In this document: one piece after another, positions 1 to 15,302 of the stretch
How positions within the stretch are numbered: the first letter of the stretch is position 1
Layout of the letters: every line of letters starts with the position of its first letter
Assembly (NCBI GenBank): GCA_012295275.1
Contig: CM022678.1
Span: 19,220,001-19,284,000, forward strand
DNA length: 64,000 nucleotides
Reading direction: 5' to 3'
Source: Chrysomallon squamiferum
Lineage: Eukaryota > Animalia > Mollusca
The notes under the pieces: generated by a model
What the model was told of the DNA's origin: nothing
Database searches by the model: none
The model's input: only the letters and a program-made list of their open reading frames with translations
Program-made: the position numbers and the translations under genes

Positions 1-917
1 AACATTTACATGGATTTACGAGTAGTTTCTTTCTTGTGTGTTTGTATATTACACTTCCTTATAGTGTATACCTCTTAATAGTCAATAAACTGTTCGTGAA
101 TTATAGCTTTATTTTAATGGACAGTAAAGCATCTCATCGGAAAAACACACTGACTGATATTTCATTGTAGTGAATAATAATCAATAATAATAATAATAAC
201 AATAATAATAATAATAATATTGTTCGTTTCTAATAGTTACTTTTTTTTTTCAGTAATTTGAAATAAGTCCTAATCTATACTTATCTCATTTTTGTAATTT
301 TTACCTGTTAACACTAGCAGGCCCAGCAGTTCTACGTTCTTATTCACCTGTGTCAGCTGACATGAGTCACCTATTTGAATATCAGCCGATATATAACAAT
401 ACAGAAACAGTGACGGGTGTGTGAAATTAGGTCAGTGAAAAACGCAACAAGTAAATCGAGTAAAGAGTCCATTAACATGTAATAAAAATTTGTAAAGCAG
501 TTTGTAGTGGGATATTTTGTTTTTGTATTTGTACTGTTTCGAGGATTCAGAGCTGTGTAGTGTTTGAGTCAGATAATAATCGAAGAAATGACATGCGTCT
601 ATATTTTAAAATTAATAAAACAAAAAAGAAAATAATTAATGAAATAAAAAATATTAACGAAGAAAATGTACGAGTTGATCTGATATAAATATTAAATTTT
701 ATTTGCCCACCAAAATCTTACTGTTTTCTGATCGATTTACGTGATCTTATTACTTATGAGCCAAACTGATTTTAATTTAATTTCTATAGCAGGAGAAAAT
801 CACCGTAAAAGCCATATAAGGAATGTTTCCTAATACGGTAATCGTACGTGTAGGTTTAAATATTAAAGAAAACATTCTTATCGGGAAAGCTATATCAAAT
901 TCATGAACGCGTTTATT

Positions 918-1010
<93 letters not shown>

Positions 1011-1375
1011 GTTACTATTATTATTATTCTTAATTTTTTTTTTGTACGAAATTTAGCAATTTAGCGAACGTGACTAAGCAAACTGAAAAGACGAATTAGT
1101 AATTTTTGTGGAATTATAAAAAATAAGTTGAATATTCGTCCAGCAAATTTATTTTGTTTGTGTAACTAGATACTGAATTAATCAACGCATATGCAAATGT
1201 AATATTAAATACTGAAAAATAAAGCTTACTTTCTATATTTACCTAAACTAGCTACGAAAGGAAAGTACTCGTGACTAATTTTCGTGGAATTAGAGATGTA
1301 GGGCAAATATTCGGTTCAACGAACACATTAAAAAATACCATGCCTACTGTGCGAAAACGGTTTCCAGGAAATAAT

Positions 1376-1407
<32 letters not shown>

Positions 1408-2646
1408 TAATAATAATAATAACAATAATAATACAATAGTAATAATAATAATCAGATGAGGATAAGCAGCAGTGTAATAACAACTAAAACAAAATAAAAT
1501 ATTTCGATTCTCATAGTTCACGTCAGATTCGCTCGCATGAAATAATCCCAACCTACATTTCTACTTTTTAATCTAATAACAGTAGGACTCCCAAATATTC
1601 TTCATGCTATTCACTTTGATCAGCCTGTATGAATTAAAACTATCACAACTATGAGCCGATATATAACAATACAGAAAGAGAAACGAGTGTGTGAAATTAG
1701 CACGTTGATATGTGCAAGAAATGTGCAATTAAATATAAATTAAAAAAGTAATTTAAAAACAAAAGAGAAAAGAAAAAAGAAGAAAAAAGCCATTTTTCCC
1801 TTTATATAATACAAATTTGTATAAGGATATCACAATTTTACTGGTTACAAAAACTTCTCATAGATTTACATGTTTCTGAGATAAGGTTGAATGTTCAGTT
1901 AAGTTGTTATGTTATTTGTTTCTTGGGTATTTCCATATTATACTTCATTGTAGGTAGTTGTTACGTATAAATCAGCTAACTGTTCGTGAATCATCGATAT
2001 GATTTAATGGACCAATAATGAGTAAACTATTAGTTAAAAATAAAGTACATGAGCGAATTTGAATTTTTAAACCAAACTTGAACGTTCTCGCTTCATGTTG
2101 CTTACTTCAGATCAAACCATCAATGTTAGTAACCGACAACTTTCTACTTTCTTTTTAAATTCTACTCGTCTTTCTGTATGAGGTGGTTTCTCTTATCGAG
2201 ATGTCATTTTCACGGAAGCTATGGCTTCCAAGACTTTAACTGTTTAGGTTCCGGTATGTCCAGACGTAGCACTGACTCTGTCACTAGTTAAATTCGAAAA
2301 TAAAAATTAGTCTTATTTACATTAAAGGATACATGTACAATGTACACCTTTATTTATTTGTAAGTATATGCCAGGCGGTATTAAAATTCTAAATATATTT
2401 TATTCTCAAATGAAATGAAATACGCTAGTAGATATCTTCATAATTTACTTTATTCGTATCTGTGTTTACTTATATTAACTTGAAAAAGCCTTTTCTCTTT
2501 TATTATTTCTTCATCCTTTTTTGTGTGTTTTTTTTTTTTTTTTTTTTTTTTTTTAGGTCGACCAGTTGTAGTCGTTCGTCTATCGACATCCGAGTTTGTC
2601 CTGAAAACAGAACAGGCTGCTGGTTTATGATATTCACGTGATCACT

Positions 2647-2788
2647 CCCTCTACACACAGGATAATATAAACGTAGGAAATACCAGCAACTCGACTCTGA
2701 CATTCGCCAACAGCAAACGCTCCTCATGACAGGACAGATAACTCCAACAGAATACGCTAATTCCGTCTCCCATTTGGTTGGATTGTGA
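2647..2788 (+). mobile_element. Mutator/MULE-like transposase C-terminal relic (shorter copy)
   Basis: Translates KRRKYQQLDSDIRQQQTLLMTGQITPTEYANSVSHLVGL*, resembling the basic RRKY..LD..I...L..G.I...EY...VSH tail of animal MULE transposases (recalled pattern). Confidence 0.45.
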
Positions 2789-4210
2789 AATGTGTTAAGT
2801 TTATTGTTGGTGTTATGGGAAATAAAGTATACTGTAGCGAATTTATTCTGGTTGTTTGAGTAGATGGAGGTTTTAATGAATGCTTTTATAAACGTGATAT
2901 CAAGTACATATTTTAATGCCATTTTTACCTGTTTACTTTCTATCTACTTTAGCTATTAATTTCCATGAACGTGATTAAAGAAAGTGAATAATCTTCGTGA
3001 AATTAGAGAAACAGAGTAAACATGCGAATCAGTGAACATATTTAGAAATATCGTGTCTACAGAGTGAAATCGCTTTGTATACATTTTTTCGTGCGTTACA
3101 GTTCCTTTTAGTCTCGTTAACATAAAATTAGACCTACCACATAAAAAACAAATATTTCGACTCTTTTGTCTAATAACACTAGGAATTTGAGGAATCACAA
3201 ACGTTTCACATTCTTGTTTATTTTTGTCAGCGTACATAAGTTAGAAGTATGACTGCTGTCAGCCGATACATAAAAACACACAAACAAAGACGGGTGTGTC
3301 AAGTTAAGTCATTGAAACATGCAAGAAATAGAGCGAGAAGAGAGACCCGGTATATGCAAGAAATATTTATAAAGCAGTTTCTATTAGAATTAACTTTTTT
3401 TCTATAAGTTACAGAAATTACACATGTCTAATGTTTGGTGCTGAGAACAATGAAACAAATGACCTGCTTCCACATTCAAATTTAATAATGCAATAACTAA
3501 AAGAAAAAGTCTCGGTCTTACTATTGTCACAAATATCAGCCAATATATAACAATACAGAAACAGAAACCAGTGTTTGGAATCAGGTCATTGAAATATGCA
3601 AGAAATACAGCTAGTGTTAATTGGAGGAATCACAGCTTCATAGGTTGGGTCAAAGAATAATCAATGAAATTACCTGCTTCTAAATATAAAATTTTATAAT
3701 GCAAAAAATAAAATAATAATTAAGAAAAGAAATACTAACCTTTTATTACGCCATAAAATCTCACTGCTTACAAAAACCTTCCCATCGATTTATGTGCTCG
3801 AACCGTTCCTGTCTAAGTTAATTTTTAGTTACTCTGTTGTGTTATTTGCTTCTTGTGTATTTGTAGGTTACACTTCCTTGTAGTTATAACATATATCAGT
3901 TAACTATTCGTGAATCACAGATACGATTTAATGGACAAGTAATGAGTAAACTATTAGTTAATTTATTTCTTTTCTTTTCCCATTGTTCTGACCTTACAAA
4001 AATAAAAAATAAACAAGATTCCCGTCAGTTTACGAGATCTTGTTTTAAAGTTTACATTCCTTCAGCTGGATGAAAGAACGTATTTAGAAACGTGATATAT
4101 CTATTAATTTTGGCGAACCCGATCACACAAAGTCACAGGACACGTGACTACTTTTCGTGAAAGTAAGAAAATAAGCTATGTTCATGTATTAGTATTAGTA
4201 GTAGCAGTAT

Positions 4211-4243
<33 letters not shown>

Positions 4244-4749
4244 CAGCAGGAGTAGTACTAGTAGTAGTAGTAGTAGTAGTAGCAGCAGGAGTAGTAGTAG
4301 TAGTAGCAGTAGCAGTAGTTGTATCTAGTTTTTTTTCTGGTTTTTTTTTTTTCAAGGCTTGTAATCTGTAGATATATTTCTAAATCAAAACTTGAAATTT
4401 AGTTATTTAGTAAACAAAGTCAAACCAGGCATCAGTAAAAGATGAACAAGGTATACATTCGTTGAGACAATATCTTGTTTGTGTAACTAGATACTGGTTG
4501 ATCAAAGCATTTAGAAATGTGAAATACCAGATTTTAAGCAAACTTGATACATTTATTTTCTGACTAGTTTAGCTGTTAATTTTCGTGAATATGATTTTAA
4601 AAAGTCAACGAAAACGTGACTAATTCTCATGAAATTCGAGAAATATGCTAAATATTCGGATCAACTAACACATCGAGTAAAACCATGTCTGCTGTATGAA
4701 ACAGTTAGCAGCAAATAATAACTACAACAACAACAATAACAACAACAAC

Positions 4750-4813
<64 letters not shown>

Positions 4814-5410
4814 ATAGTAATAATATTAATAATAATAATGTTCATAAGATTTTGTTTTAATGCTAACAGTATTTTCCACTAAATTTATTTATTTAGTAAA
4901 CGTGATTAAACAAACTGAATCTACGCATTAGAAATTTCGTGGAAGTAGAAGTTGAGGTTTACGTTCGTTCAGCGAATTTATGTGGTTTGTGTAACTAGAG
5001 ACTGGATGAATGAACATATTTAGAAATGTGATGCTAAATTTAATGCTAAATTTATATATTTGTTTTCTGTATAATTTCACTATTAATTTTCGCGAAGGTG
5101 ATTAAACAAAGTCAAAGCACACGTGACTAATTCTCGTGAAATTTGAGAAATACGATAAATATTGGCATCAATGAAAACATCGAGAACTGCCATGTCTACT
5201 GTGTGAAAACTGTTTACAGCAAATAATAATAATAACAATATTAATAATAATAATAATAATAATAGAAACAATACTAATAATAATAATCAAAATATCACAG
5301 CCATCAGCCGGTCTATAAAAATACACAAACACAAACGGGTGTGCGAAACTAGGTAATTGAAATATGAAGAGCTATAGCGAGTAAAGAGACCTGTGAGGAT
5401 GTGAGAAATA

Positions 5411-5989
5411 CAGTGTGTCCCAAAAGTAACCGAACCGCAAACTGAAATAAAATCAGATTTTAAAAACAACAAATTTAATCTCTGTATTTAGTTTTTACAA
5501 ATGTTCAAAATATCTACCTTGAACTTCAATACAGTCACGACACCTTTTCACAACACTGCGACATACCTTTTTGGCAAGTTTCCAAAGTCAAACCATGGAG
5601 AGTCCAGTAGCGCGCGCTGAATAAGAATCAAGTTATGACGTAGGGAGAAAACCAATAAGATCGACGAAAAGATTCAGGTGTAACGTCTGCCTTTGTTGCA
5701 GTACAGAAAGCAACTGTCCGGAGAGCGAGTTGCGAGAGAAAGAACACGGAACGCCTAGGAGAACATGAACAGTATTAAAAGACTGGGTCGTCGCGGTAAA
5801 ACAGAAGTCTCGATCACGAAGAACACTACAGTCAGGTAACAAAAATCATTCCAAAGACTACTACTGAGAGAAGTAAATGAATAGTAACAAAAGATAACAT
5901 AACATTACGTAAAAGATGGAAATAAATGTGTTCTTTTTTATATCTAATTTTATTTAAGTTTGCGGTTCGGTTGCTTATGGAACACCCTG
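5411..5989. mobile_element. Non-autonomous Tc1/mariner-superfamily DNA transposon, 579 bp
   Basis: ~60 bp imperfect TIRs (CAGTGTGTCCCAAAAGTAACCGAACCGCAAAC... and ...GTTTGCGGTTCGGTTGCTTATGGAACACCCTG) with TA on both sides (5409-10, 5990-91). The minus strand near 5570-5495 reads KKVCRSVVKRCRDCIEVQGRYFEHL*, a typical ITm transposase C-terminus. It interrupts a repeat module. Confidence 0.88.
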
Positions 5990-6899
5990 TATTTACAAAG
6001 ACGTTTGTAGTGTGATTGTTTTGTTTCTCATCGATTTCCCATCGATTTACACGTTCTTCCCATTACTGAGCTAAGTTTTTCCTTTTTTTTAAATTTATTT
6101 TTTTTTTTTTTTTATTATTTTTTCACTTTTTATTTATTTATTTTTTTTGTTGTGTGTTGCCTCTTGATTATTAGTATTAATTAAAAAAACTACAATTAAT
6201 TGTAGTTATAACTGATATCATTTAACTATTTGTGACTCATAGTTATGATTTAAAGGACAAGTAATGAATAAACTATTAGTTAAAGATAAAGTATATGATC
6301 GAAATAACACATTTAAATCAAACTTACAAGTTCTGTGTGGATGTTCTTATAGAAACGAATTCTTTCTACTTATTATTATCATTATTCTATTATTATGTTT
6401 TACTTTTGCAGGGTTGTAATCTGCAGAAAAATAAAAATAAATGAAATTCGTGAATATCATATAAATATGTATACATTTTTTTTATCCTAACTTGAAATTT
6501 AGTTATTTAGTAAACGTGATTAAACAAACAGAAACACGAATTAGTAATTTATGGAAACAAGAATGAGGTGTAAGTTCGTCAGCGAATTTATTTCGTTTGT
6601 GTAACTAGACACTGGATAATTATTTAGAAATTTAATACGAAATATCAGCCGATATATAACACTACAGAAACAGAAACGGGTGTGCGAAATTAGGTCACTG
6701 AAATGTACAAGAAATATAGCCAGTAAAGAGACCCGGGAGAAGTAAGAAATATTTACGAAACAGTTTTTAGTAGGAATTGTTTTTCTTTTTTATATTTTGA
6801 GGAGTCACAGCTGTATTGTGTTTGTTTCAGGAATGACCTGTGTCTAGATTTTGAAAGTAAGAAAAAAAAACAAAAAATAAAAAACAAGCAAAAGTAATG

Positions 6900-6956
<57 letters not shown>

Positions 6957-9530
6957 TTTTTCCCGCAAGCTTCTATAAACCTTAATTATCAGTAGGGTAT
7001 GAAAATCCTATTGGTTTCAGAAAACCTTCGCATCAATTTATGTGAACTTGTCTTTTCTGAACTAAGATGAAGTTTGTGTTATTTGCTTCTTGTGTATTTG
7101 TACATTACATTTCCTGGTAGTTATAACTTGAATATATAATGAATGAATTTTATATTTTTATGCACAAGTTAAACCATATAAACGAAGTTACCTGATAAGG
7201 TATTGTTATAACCTTGTTGCGTGACAAAAGAAAATAAAACTAAATAAAATGTTTTAATAAGATATATTTTTTAATCCTGACTTGAACAGTAAATTCCACT
7301 AAAGTTAGTTATTTAGTAGATGTGATTAACAAACTGAAAGAGCGTATTAGTAATTTTCCTGGAAATCGAAGTGCGTTTTTTCAGCGAACTTATTGGGTTT
7401 TTTGTAACTAGATGCTAGATTAATGAACGTATTTAGAAATGTGATATTTTAAAGCTAACTTTATATATTTAGTTTCTACGCAATTTAGTTATTAATTTTC
7501 GCGAACGTGATCAAACAAAGTCAGAGCACACGTGACTAATTTTCGTGGAAGTAGAAAAATAAGCTAACTATTAGGATGAATGAGCACGTTTGTAAACACC
7601 ATGGCTCTTCTTAGTGAACTCGTTGCGTATCTAAAGAAAAAAAGGTTTCCCTCGCCTGAACTAAAGCTAACCAACACACAACTCATATTTTGTTTTTTCT
7701 TTTCTTTTTTTTATATTATAACACTAGGACTCACTGCAGTTCTAACTGTTAATCACTTTTATCAGCCAACATGACTTAAAAACACTAAAGCTGTCAGCCG
7801 TTATATATATATAAATATATATATATAACAATACAGAAACAGAAACGAGTGTACGAAATTAGGTCACTGAAATGTATAAGAAATATAGCAATCGGGAGAT
7901 GCTAGAACTATCTATAAAGCTGATTAATCTTGTTCTGTAAATTACACCTGTGAAAATAGTAAGACAACAGACAACAGTGAACTAAAAGACGAGTCTTGAT
8001 TTTAAATTTAACAAGGCAGAAAAATAATAATAATTAAAAGAAAAATATTTACCTTCCCATTATTTAAATACTCCTAATACTGTATTATTCCGTTTAAGTT
8101 TAAATACTAAAGAAAATATTATTTGGAATGCCAGAGAAAACTGGATGTGACATTATTATTGTTATAATTACTACTACTATTATTATTATTATTATTATCA
8201 TCATCATCATCATCATCTGTTTTTCTTCTCAGTGTTGTAATCTGCAGAGATATAAAACTAAATAAAACTGTGAATAAGATATATTTCTTTTAATTCTAAC
8301 TCGAAATTTTGTTATTTAGTAAAGGTGGTTAAATAAAGTGACACCACGCATCAGTAATTTTCGTGGAATCTATCAGGTTTGTGTAACTAGATGCTGAATG
8401 AATGAACGTATTTAGAAATGGGATGTGAAATCAATATTTTAATGGTAACTTTATATATTTATTTTCTACGTAATTTAACTATTAATTTTAGCGAACGTGA
8501 TTACACAAAGTCAGAGCACATGTGACTAATTTTCGTGGAATTAGAAAAACGAGCCACATACATATATTCGTATCAGTGAACACGTTTAGAAATAGCAAGT
8601 CTACTGAGTGAAGGTAACAAAAAATAGAAAAATATGAGTGGTCTGTTCTTGCTCCATTTAGTTCAATAACAACAACAACAACAGCAACAACAACAACATT
8701 AATAATAATAATAATAAGAAGAAGAAGAATATCGAAAAATAAAATGAAATACTTCGATTCCTATAGCTGCTGTGATGGTCGTTAGGATGAAATAATACTA
8801 TCCTGTACACAACTCACATCTGTACTTAGTTTTCTTTCTCTATTTATTTTATTTTGAGGAATAACAACACTGAAGTGTTTGGGCCAGAGAATAATAAACA
8901 AAATGACCTGCTTCACAATTTTAAATTAAATTACATAAAAATGAAAAAAGAATTTAAAAAAAAAAAAAGGAAAAAGAGAAAAAGAAAGACAACCCAATAT
9001 TTGTTTTACCTTTAAAAGATTCTAACTTTTATTAGGCTATCAAAATTTCATCATCGATTTACATTTTCTTACGGTTTGTGAACAAAGCCGAATTTTTAGT
9101 TAATTTGTTCTGTTATTTGCTTCGTTGGAATTTGTATATTGCACTTAATTGTAGTTATAACTTATTATATCAGTTAACTATTCGTGAATTATTGTTATAA
9201 CTTAATGGATAAGTAATGAATACATTCTTAGTTAAATATAAAGTATATGATCGGAATCAGATTTTTAAAATCAAACTTATACGTTCTCTCTGGATGTTCC
9301 TAACCGCGAAACTAACTGTCAGTGTTATATAAATGACTTCTTTCTATTTTCGTTTTTGAATTCCACGAATCGGTTCAGAAAGACGATATGACTATTCTAA
9401 AAGCTAGGTAAAAAAAAATGTTTTCTTATAAGGGAATATTCCGTTTAGGTTTAACTGTTAAAGAAAATATTATTTATAATGCCAGGGAAAACGGTTCGTT
9501 AGGCATTATTATGATTATTCCTATTAATGC

Positions 9531-9598
<68 letters not shown>

Positions 9599-10424
9599 GT
9601 TTTTTGTTGTTTATTTTATTTTATTTTATTTTTTTCTTTGAGAATTTTAGTCTGTAGAGAAATGAAACTAAATAAAATTAGTTAAACAGATATATTTCTA
9701 AATCATAAATTTAGTTATTTTGTAAACGTCATTAAATAGAAAAGCATCAGTAATAGAAAAACAAAGTATAGGTTCGTTCAGCCAATACCTGGTTTTGTGT
9801 AACTAGATACTGGTTGATCAATGCATTTAGAAATATGAAATACCAGATTGAAAGCAAACTTTATATATTTATTTTCTATCTAATTTAACTATTAATTTTC
9901 GTGAACATGATTTTAAAAAGTCAAAGCACACGTGACTAATTGTCGTGACGTTCGAGAAATATGCTAAATATTAGGATCAATGAAAAACGATGTGAACTGT
10001 GTGCAGCAAATAATAATAATGTTCATAAGATTTTTATTTTTAATCCTGTACTTGAATAGTATTTTCTATAAATTTAGTTATTTAGTAAACGTGATTAAAC
10101 AAACTGAAACTACGCATTAGTAGTTTTCGTGGAAATAGAAGTTAAGGTTTACGTTCGTTCAGCGAATTTATGTGACTTGTGTAACTAGATACTTGATGAA
10201 TGAACGTATTTAGAAATGTGATGTCAAATACAAAAGTTAATGCTAAATTTATATACTTGTTTTCTGTGTAATTTCGCTATTAATTTTCGAGATCGTGATT
10301 AAGCAAAGTCAAAGCACACCTGACAAATTCTCGGGAAATATGAGAAACACGATAAATATTCGGATCAATGGAAACATCGAGAATTGCCATGTCTAGTGTA
10401 TCAAAATTGTTTACATAAAACAAA

Positions 10425-10525
<101 letters not shown>

Positions 10526-11425
10526 ATATATAAAATAAAATAAAATTGAAGAATGAAAACAAAAAAGATAATTTGTGTGCTGCCTTTATATCAACATTAA
10601 TTTTTTTTAAGGCCATCACAATTTTTACTGGTTCCAAAAAGATTTCCATGTTCTTACCTTTTCTGTGCACAGCTCAATTTGTGGTGTTATTTGCTTCAAG
10701 GGTATTGTATATTATACTTTCCTGTAGTCATAACTTATATATAAGTTAACTATTCGTGAACCTTAGTTATGATTTAATGGACAAGTAATGAATAAATTAT
10801 TAGTCAAAGATAAAGTATATGATCTGAATAAGAAATTTTAAATCAAACTTACAGGTTCTCTCTGGATGTTCGTTACTCCAAAAGTAATCGTGCCTCTTCT
10901 GTAAGCGACGTTTTTCTTCTTTCCTCTTTGAATTCCACGAATCTGTTCAGAAAGCGAATACGACTGTTGTAAAAGCTATGTAAAAATGTTGTTTAATGCT
11001 CTAATATTCCGTTCAGGTTTAAATATTAAAGAAAATATTATTTGGAATGCCAAAGGAAACTGTCCATGAGGCATTATTATTATTATTATTATTATTAGTT
11101 TTTTAGTAAACATGATTAACAAACTGAAAATCATCATCATCATCATAATCATAATCATCATCTCTTTTTCTATTGCAGAGTTCTAATCTGAAGAAAATAA
11201 AACTAAATACAATTTGTGAATAAGATATATTTTTTAATCCTAACTTGAACAATATTTTCAACTAACTTTAGTTATTTAGTAAATATGAATAAAAAAACTG
11301 AAACTAGCAATAGTAATTTTCGCGAAAATGATTAAACAAAGTCAAAGAACAGGTGATAATTAGAGAAATAGGACACGTTTTCCAATCAACAAACCCATCG
11401 AGAAATACCATGTCTACTGCATCAA

Positions 11426-11494
<69 letters not shown>

Positions 11495-11987
11495 TTTTTG
11501 TGTATTACACTTCCATGTAGTTATATTCTGGACTAGGTACTTCGTTAATTAATTTTCTATTTTAATGCACTAGTAAAGACTAAAATATGATTTAATTATC
11601 CAGTATCTGACCATAATAAAAAAAGCTTATATCAAACGTTCTCGCTGGATATTCCTTAACTTTCAAACGAGCAGTCAAACACTGTTAGCTTTACCTATTC
11701 AGTTTTGTATATATAAGGTGTCTACTTTACTTTTTGAAAATCCAAAAATCGGTACAGTAAAACTAGATAATCAATAGAAGGGATGTTACTACCTAATAAG
11801 CTAATGTTATGACCTTGTCGCATGAAAACGACATAAACACATTCATGACGATGTCTCCTTATTATATGTACGAAGTATACGTTGTCGTGCCCTAACATTT
11901 TATATGTGTAGCTTTAAATATTAATGTTTAATTATTAAATATTTAAAAAATGTGGAAATCAAGATCAGTCTGATCTCAAGGTATCCC

Positions 11988-12018
<31 letters not shown>

Positions 12019-12698
12019 CTTATTATTACATACACACATACACAAAGAAAGAGAGCGAAATAGAAAAAGATTTATAAGATTTTGTCTTTTCTTATCTAAG
12101 CTGATGTTTATTTCACTTCTTGTGTGTTTGTTTATTATACTTCCTTACAAGTATTATATATCAACATGCAATTTATTAAGCAGGTATAGACTTAATTGCT
12201 AACTTAAATATTTTGTAGGAAATTTAGTCCTTTAGTCGACATCATTAATTACACTGAAACCACGCACTAGTAATTTTCGTGGAATCAGAACAATAAGTTA
12301 GCCGTTCGTTCTCCGAAGTTATTTGCTCCGTGTAACCAGATGCTGGACGAATGAACGTGTTTAGAAATGTGATGTTAGATACACCATTTAAAGTTAACTT
12401 TATATATTTATTTTCTACATTATAACTTAATGGACAAGTAATGAATAAACTATTAGTGAAAGATAAAGTACAAGAAGGGAATATAAAATTTTAATTCAAA
12501 CTTACACGTTTTCGCTGGATGTTCCTTACTCCGAAATTAGCCGTCAGTATAATATAAACTTCTTTCTACTTTCCTTTTTAAGTTTCACGAATAGGTTCAG
12601 AATGAGGATGTGATAGTTTCAAAATGTTTCCTAATCAGGTAATATTCTGTTTAGGCTCAAATATTAAAGAAAATATTATTTGGAAAACTGTTCACGAG

Positions 12699-12749
<51 letters not shown>

Positions 12750-12753
<4 letters not shown>

Positions 12754-13257
12754 TTGCTGTACACCGTTTCACACAGTAGACCTTGTTTTTCTCTATGTGT
12801 TCGTTCAGCAGAATATTTCGCATATTTCTAGGATTCCATGAGAATTGGTCACGTGAGCTTTGACTTTTTAAATCATGTTCAGGAAAATTAATAGCAAAAT
12901 TAGGTAGAAAATATATATATTAAATGTTCTTAAAATCTGGTATTTCACATTTCTAAATGCTTTGATCAACCAGTATCTAGTTACACAAACAAGATATTGG
13001 CTGAACGAACGTATACATTGTTCTATTACTGATCCGTGGTTTCACTTTGTTTAATCACGTTTACTAAATAACTTGACCTCACATGTCTGAATATGTTGAT
13101 TCATCCAGTAACTAGTTACAAAAATCATATAAATACGCTTCAAGTTATGATTTAGAAATATATCTCATTCACTAATTTTATTTAGTTTCATTTCTCTACA
13201 GATTACAAGCCTGAAAAAAAATAATACTGTAGATAATAATAATAATAATAATAATAA

Positions 13258-13288
<31 letters not shown>

Positions 13289-13560
13289 AAGAAGAAGAAG
13301 AAGAAGAAGAAGAATTACAATAACAATAACAATAACAAAAATAATAATGGCAATAGCAGTAATAGCAATAATCATAATAATGCCTCACAAACCGTTTTCT
13401 CTGGCATTCTAAATAATATTTTCTTTAAAATTTAAACCTAAACAGAATATTTCCTTATTAGAAAACATTTTTACATAGTTTTTACAAAAGTCATGTCGTC
13501 TTTCAGAACCGATTTGTGGAATTCAAAACGGAAAGTAGAAAGAAGTCATTTATAAAACAG
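12750..13560 (-). repeat. Inverted block of the modular repeat
   Basis: Reverse complements of the standard modules (tggtcacgtgagctttgacttt; cagtatctagttacacaaac); most similar to 9320-9990. Confidence 0.85.
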
Positions 13561-13563
13561 TAC

Positions 13564-13617
<54 letters not shown>

Positions 13618-14586
13618 CTGTTTTTCGTTCTGTTTTTAATTATTTAGTAAACGTGATTAATCACAGAGAAACCACACATTCGTAATTTTCGTGGAAATAG
13701 AAGTATAAGGTGTACGTTCGTTCAGCGAATGTATCTGCTTTGTGTCACTAGATCATTTACAGCAAATGTTTATCTGGTTTGTTTGTCACTAGATACTTCG
13801 GATTAATCAACAATATTTTACAACGAGAAATATCATGTTTACTGCGTGAAACGGTTTGCATATCAAATAATAAAATTTAAATAGTTTATTCATTTATTTT
13901 CTTAATGCGAACTTAAACAGAATTTTCCAAAATTTAGTTTAGTAAACGCTGATTAAACAAACTCAAACTAAATTTCGTGGAAGTACTTGAGGTGTGCGTT
14001 CGTTCAGGAATAACTAGATACTGGATGAATGAACATATTTAGACAAAATTTAATGGTAAATTTATATATTTCTTTTCTGCGTAATATCGTATTAATTTTC
14101 GCGAAATGATTAAACAAAGATCAAAACGAACAATTCAACGAGAAATTTTCTATAACTTAGCAAACCGCAGTTTATCAAACAGTTTACAGCAAATGATATT
14201 AATAATAAAACTGAACTGAATTTGTTCATAAGATATTTTTTAATACTAATTTGACCTAGTTATTTAGTAAATGTATTAAACAACGTGAAACTGCGCATTA
14301 GTAAGTTTGTGGAAATAGACGTTCAGGTTTACGCTCGTTCAGCGAATTAATGTGGTTTGTGTAAATAGATACTGGATGAATCAACATATCTAGAAATGTG
14401 ATGTCAAATACAAAACTTAATGCTAAATTAAAATATATTTGTTTTCTGTGTAATATCGTATTAATTTTCGCGAACGTGATTAAAAAAAGACAAATCACAC
14501 ATGACTAATTCTCGGGAAATTGGAGAAATACGATAAATATTCGGATCAATGAAAACATATTATTAGTAGTATTGCTATTATTATTG

Positions 14587-14621
<35 letters not shown>

Positions 14622-14654
14622 GTTGTTGTTGTTGTTGTTGTTGTTGTTATTGTT

Positions 14655-14686
<32 letters not shown>

Positions 14687-15249
14687 CATTTATTATTATT
14701 ATTATTGTTTTTATTATTGTTATATTATTCTGTTTCACGGTTGTAATTTGAAGAAAATAAAACTAAATAAATTGTGCAAATAACTTATATTTTTCAAAGC
14801 TAACTGCAACAGCATTTTCCACTAAATATAGTTATGTAGTAAACGTGATTAAACAAAATGAAATTAGGCATTAGAAATTTTCGTGGAAATAGAAGTACAA
14901 GGTATAGTTCTTTTCAACGAACTTATTGGGTTTGTGTAATTAGATGGTGGATGAATGAACGTATTTAGAAATGTGATATGAAATAAATATATTAATGTTA
15001 ATTTTATATATTTATTTTCTACGTAATTTAACTATTAATTTTCGCGAACGTGATTGCACAAAGTCAGAGCACACGTGACTAATTTTCGTAGACGTAGAAA
15101 AATAAGCCACATACATATATTCGGATCAATGAACATGTTTAGAAATAGCATGTCTACTGAGTGTATGCAAAAAGAATATATATACTAAAAACCATGTTTT
15201 GTGTCTTATAGCTCCATTTAGTATAGTAGTAGTAGCAGTAGTAGTAGTA

Positions 15250-15302
<53 letters not shown>

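Larger units (their letters stand above)
1..8940. repeat. Segmental duplication, copy A (paired with 56350-63900)
   Basis: Base 1 (aacatttacatggatttacga) matches 56350. Collinear matches follow: 2956-3237 vs 60232-60513 (near-identical ORF translations), 7580 vs 62470, 7921 vs 62791. About 4200-6600 has no counterpart in copy B. Confidence 0.93.

Noticed and set aside
10853-10975. Repeat module as a cassette exon on the minus strand (tttacatag ... GTAAGTTT; 41 open codons here)
   Set aside because: The donor or reading frame is broken in most other units, and the TPR genes already have a better phase-matched first exon.
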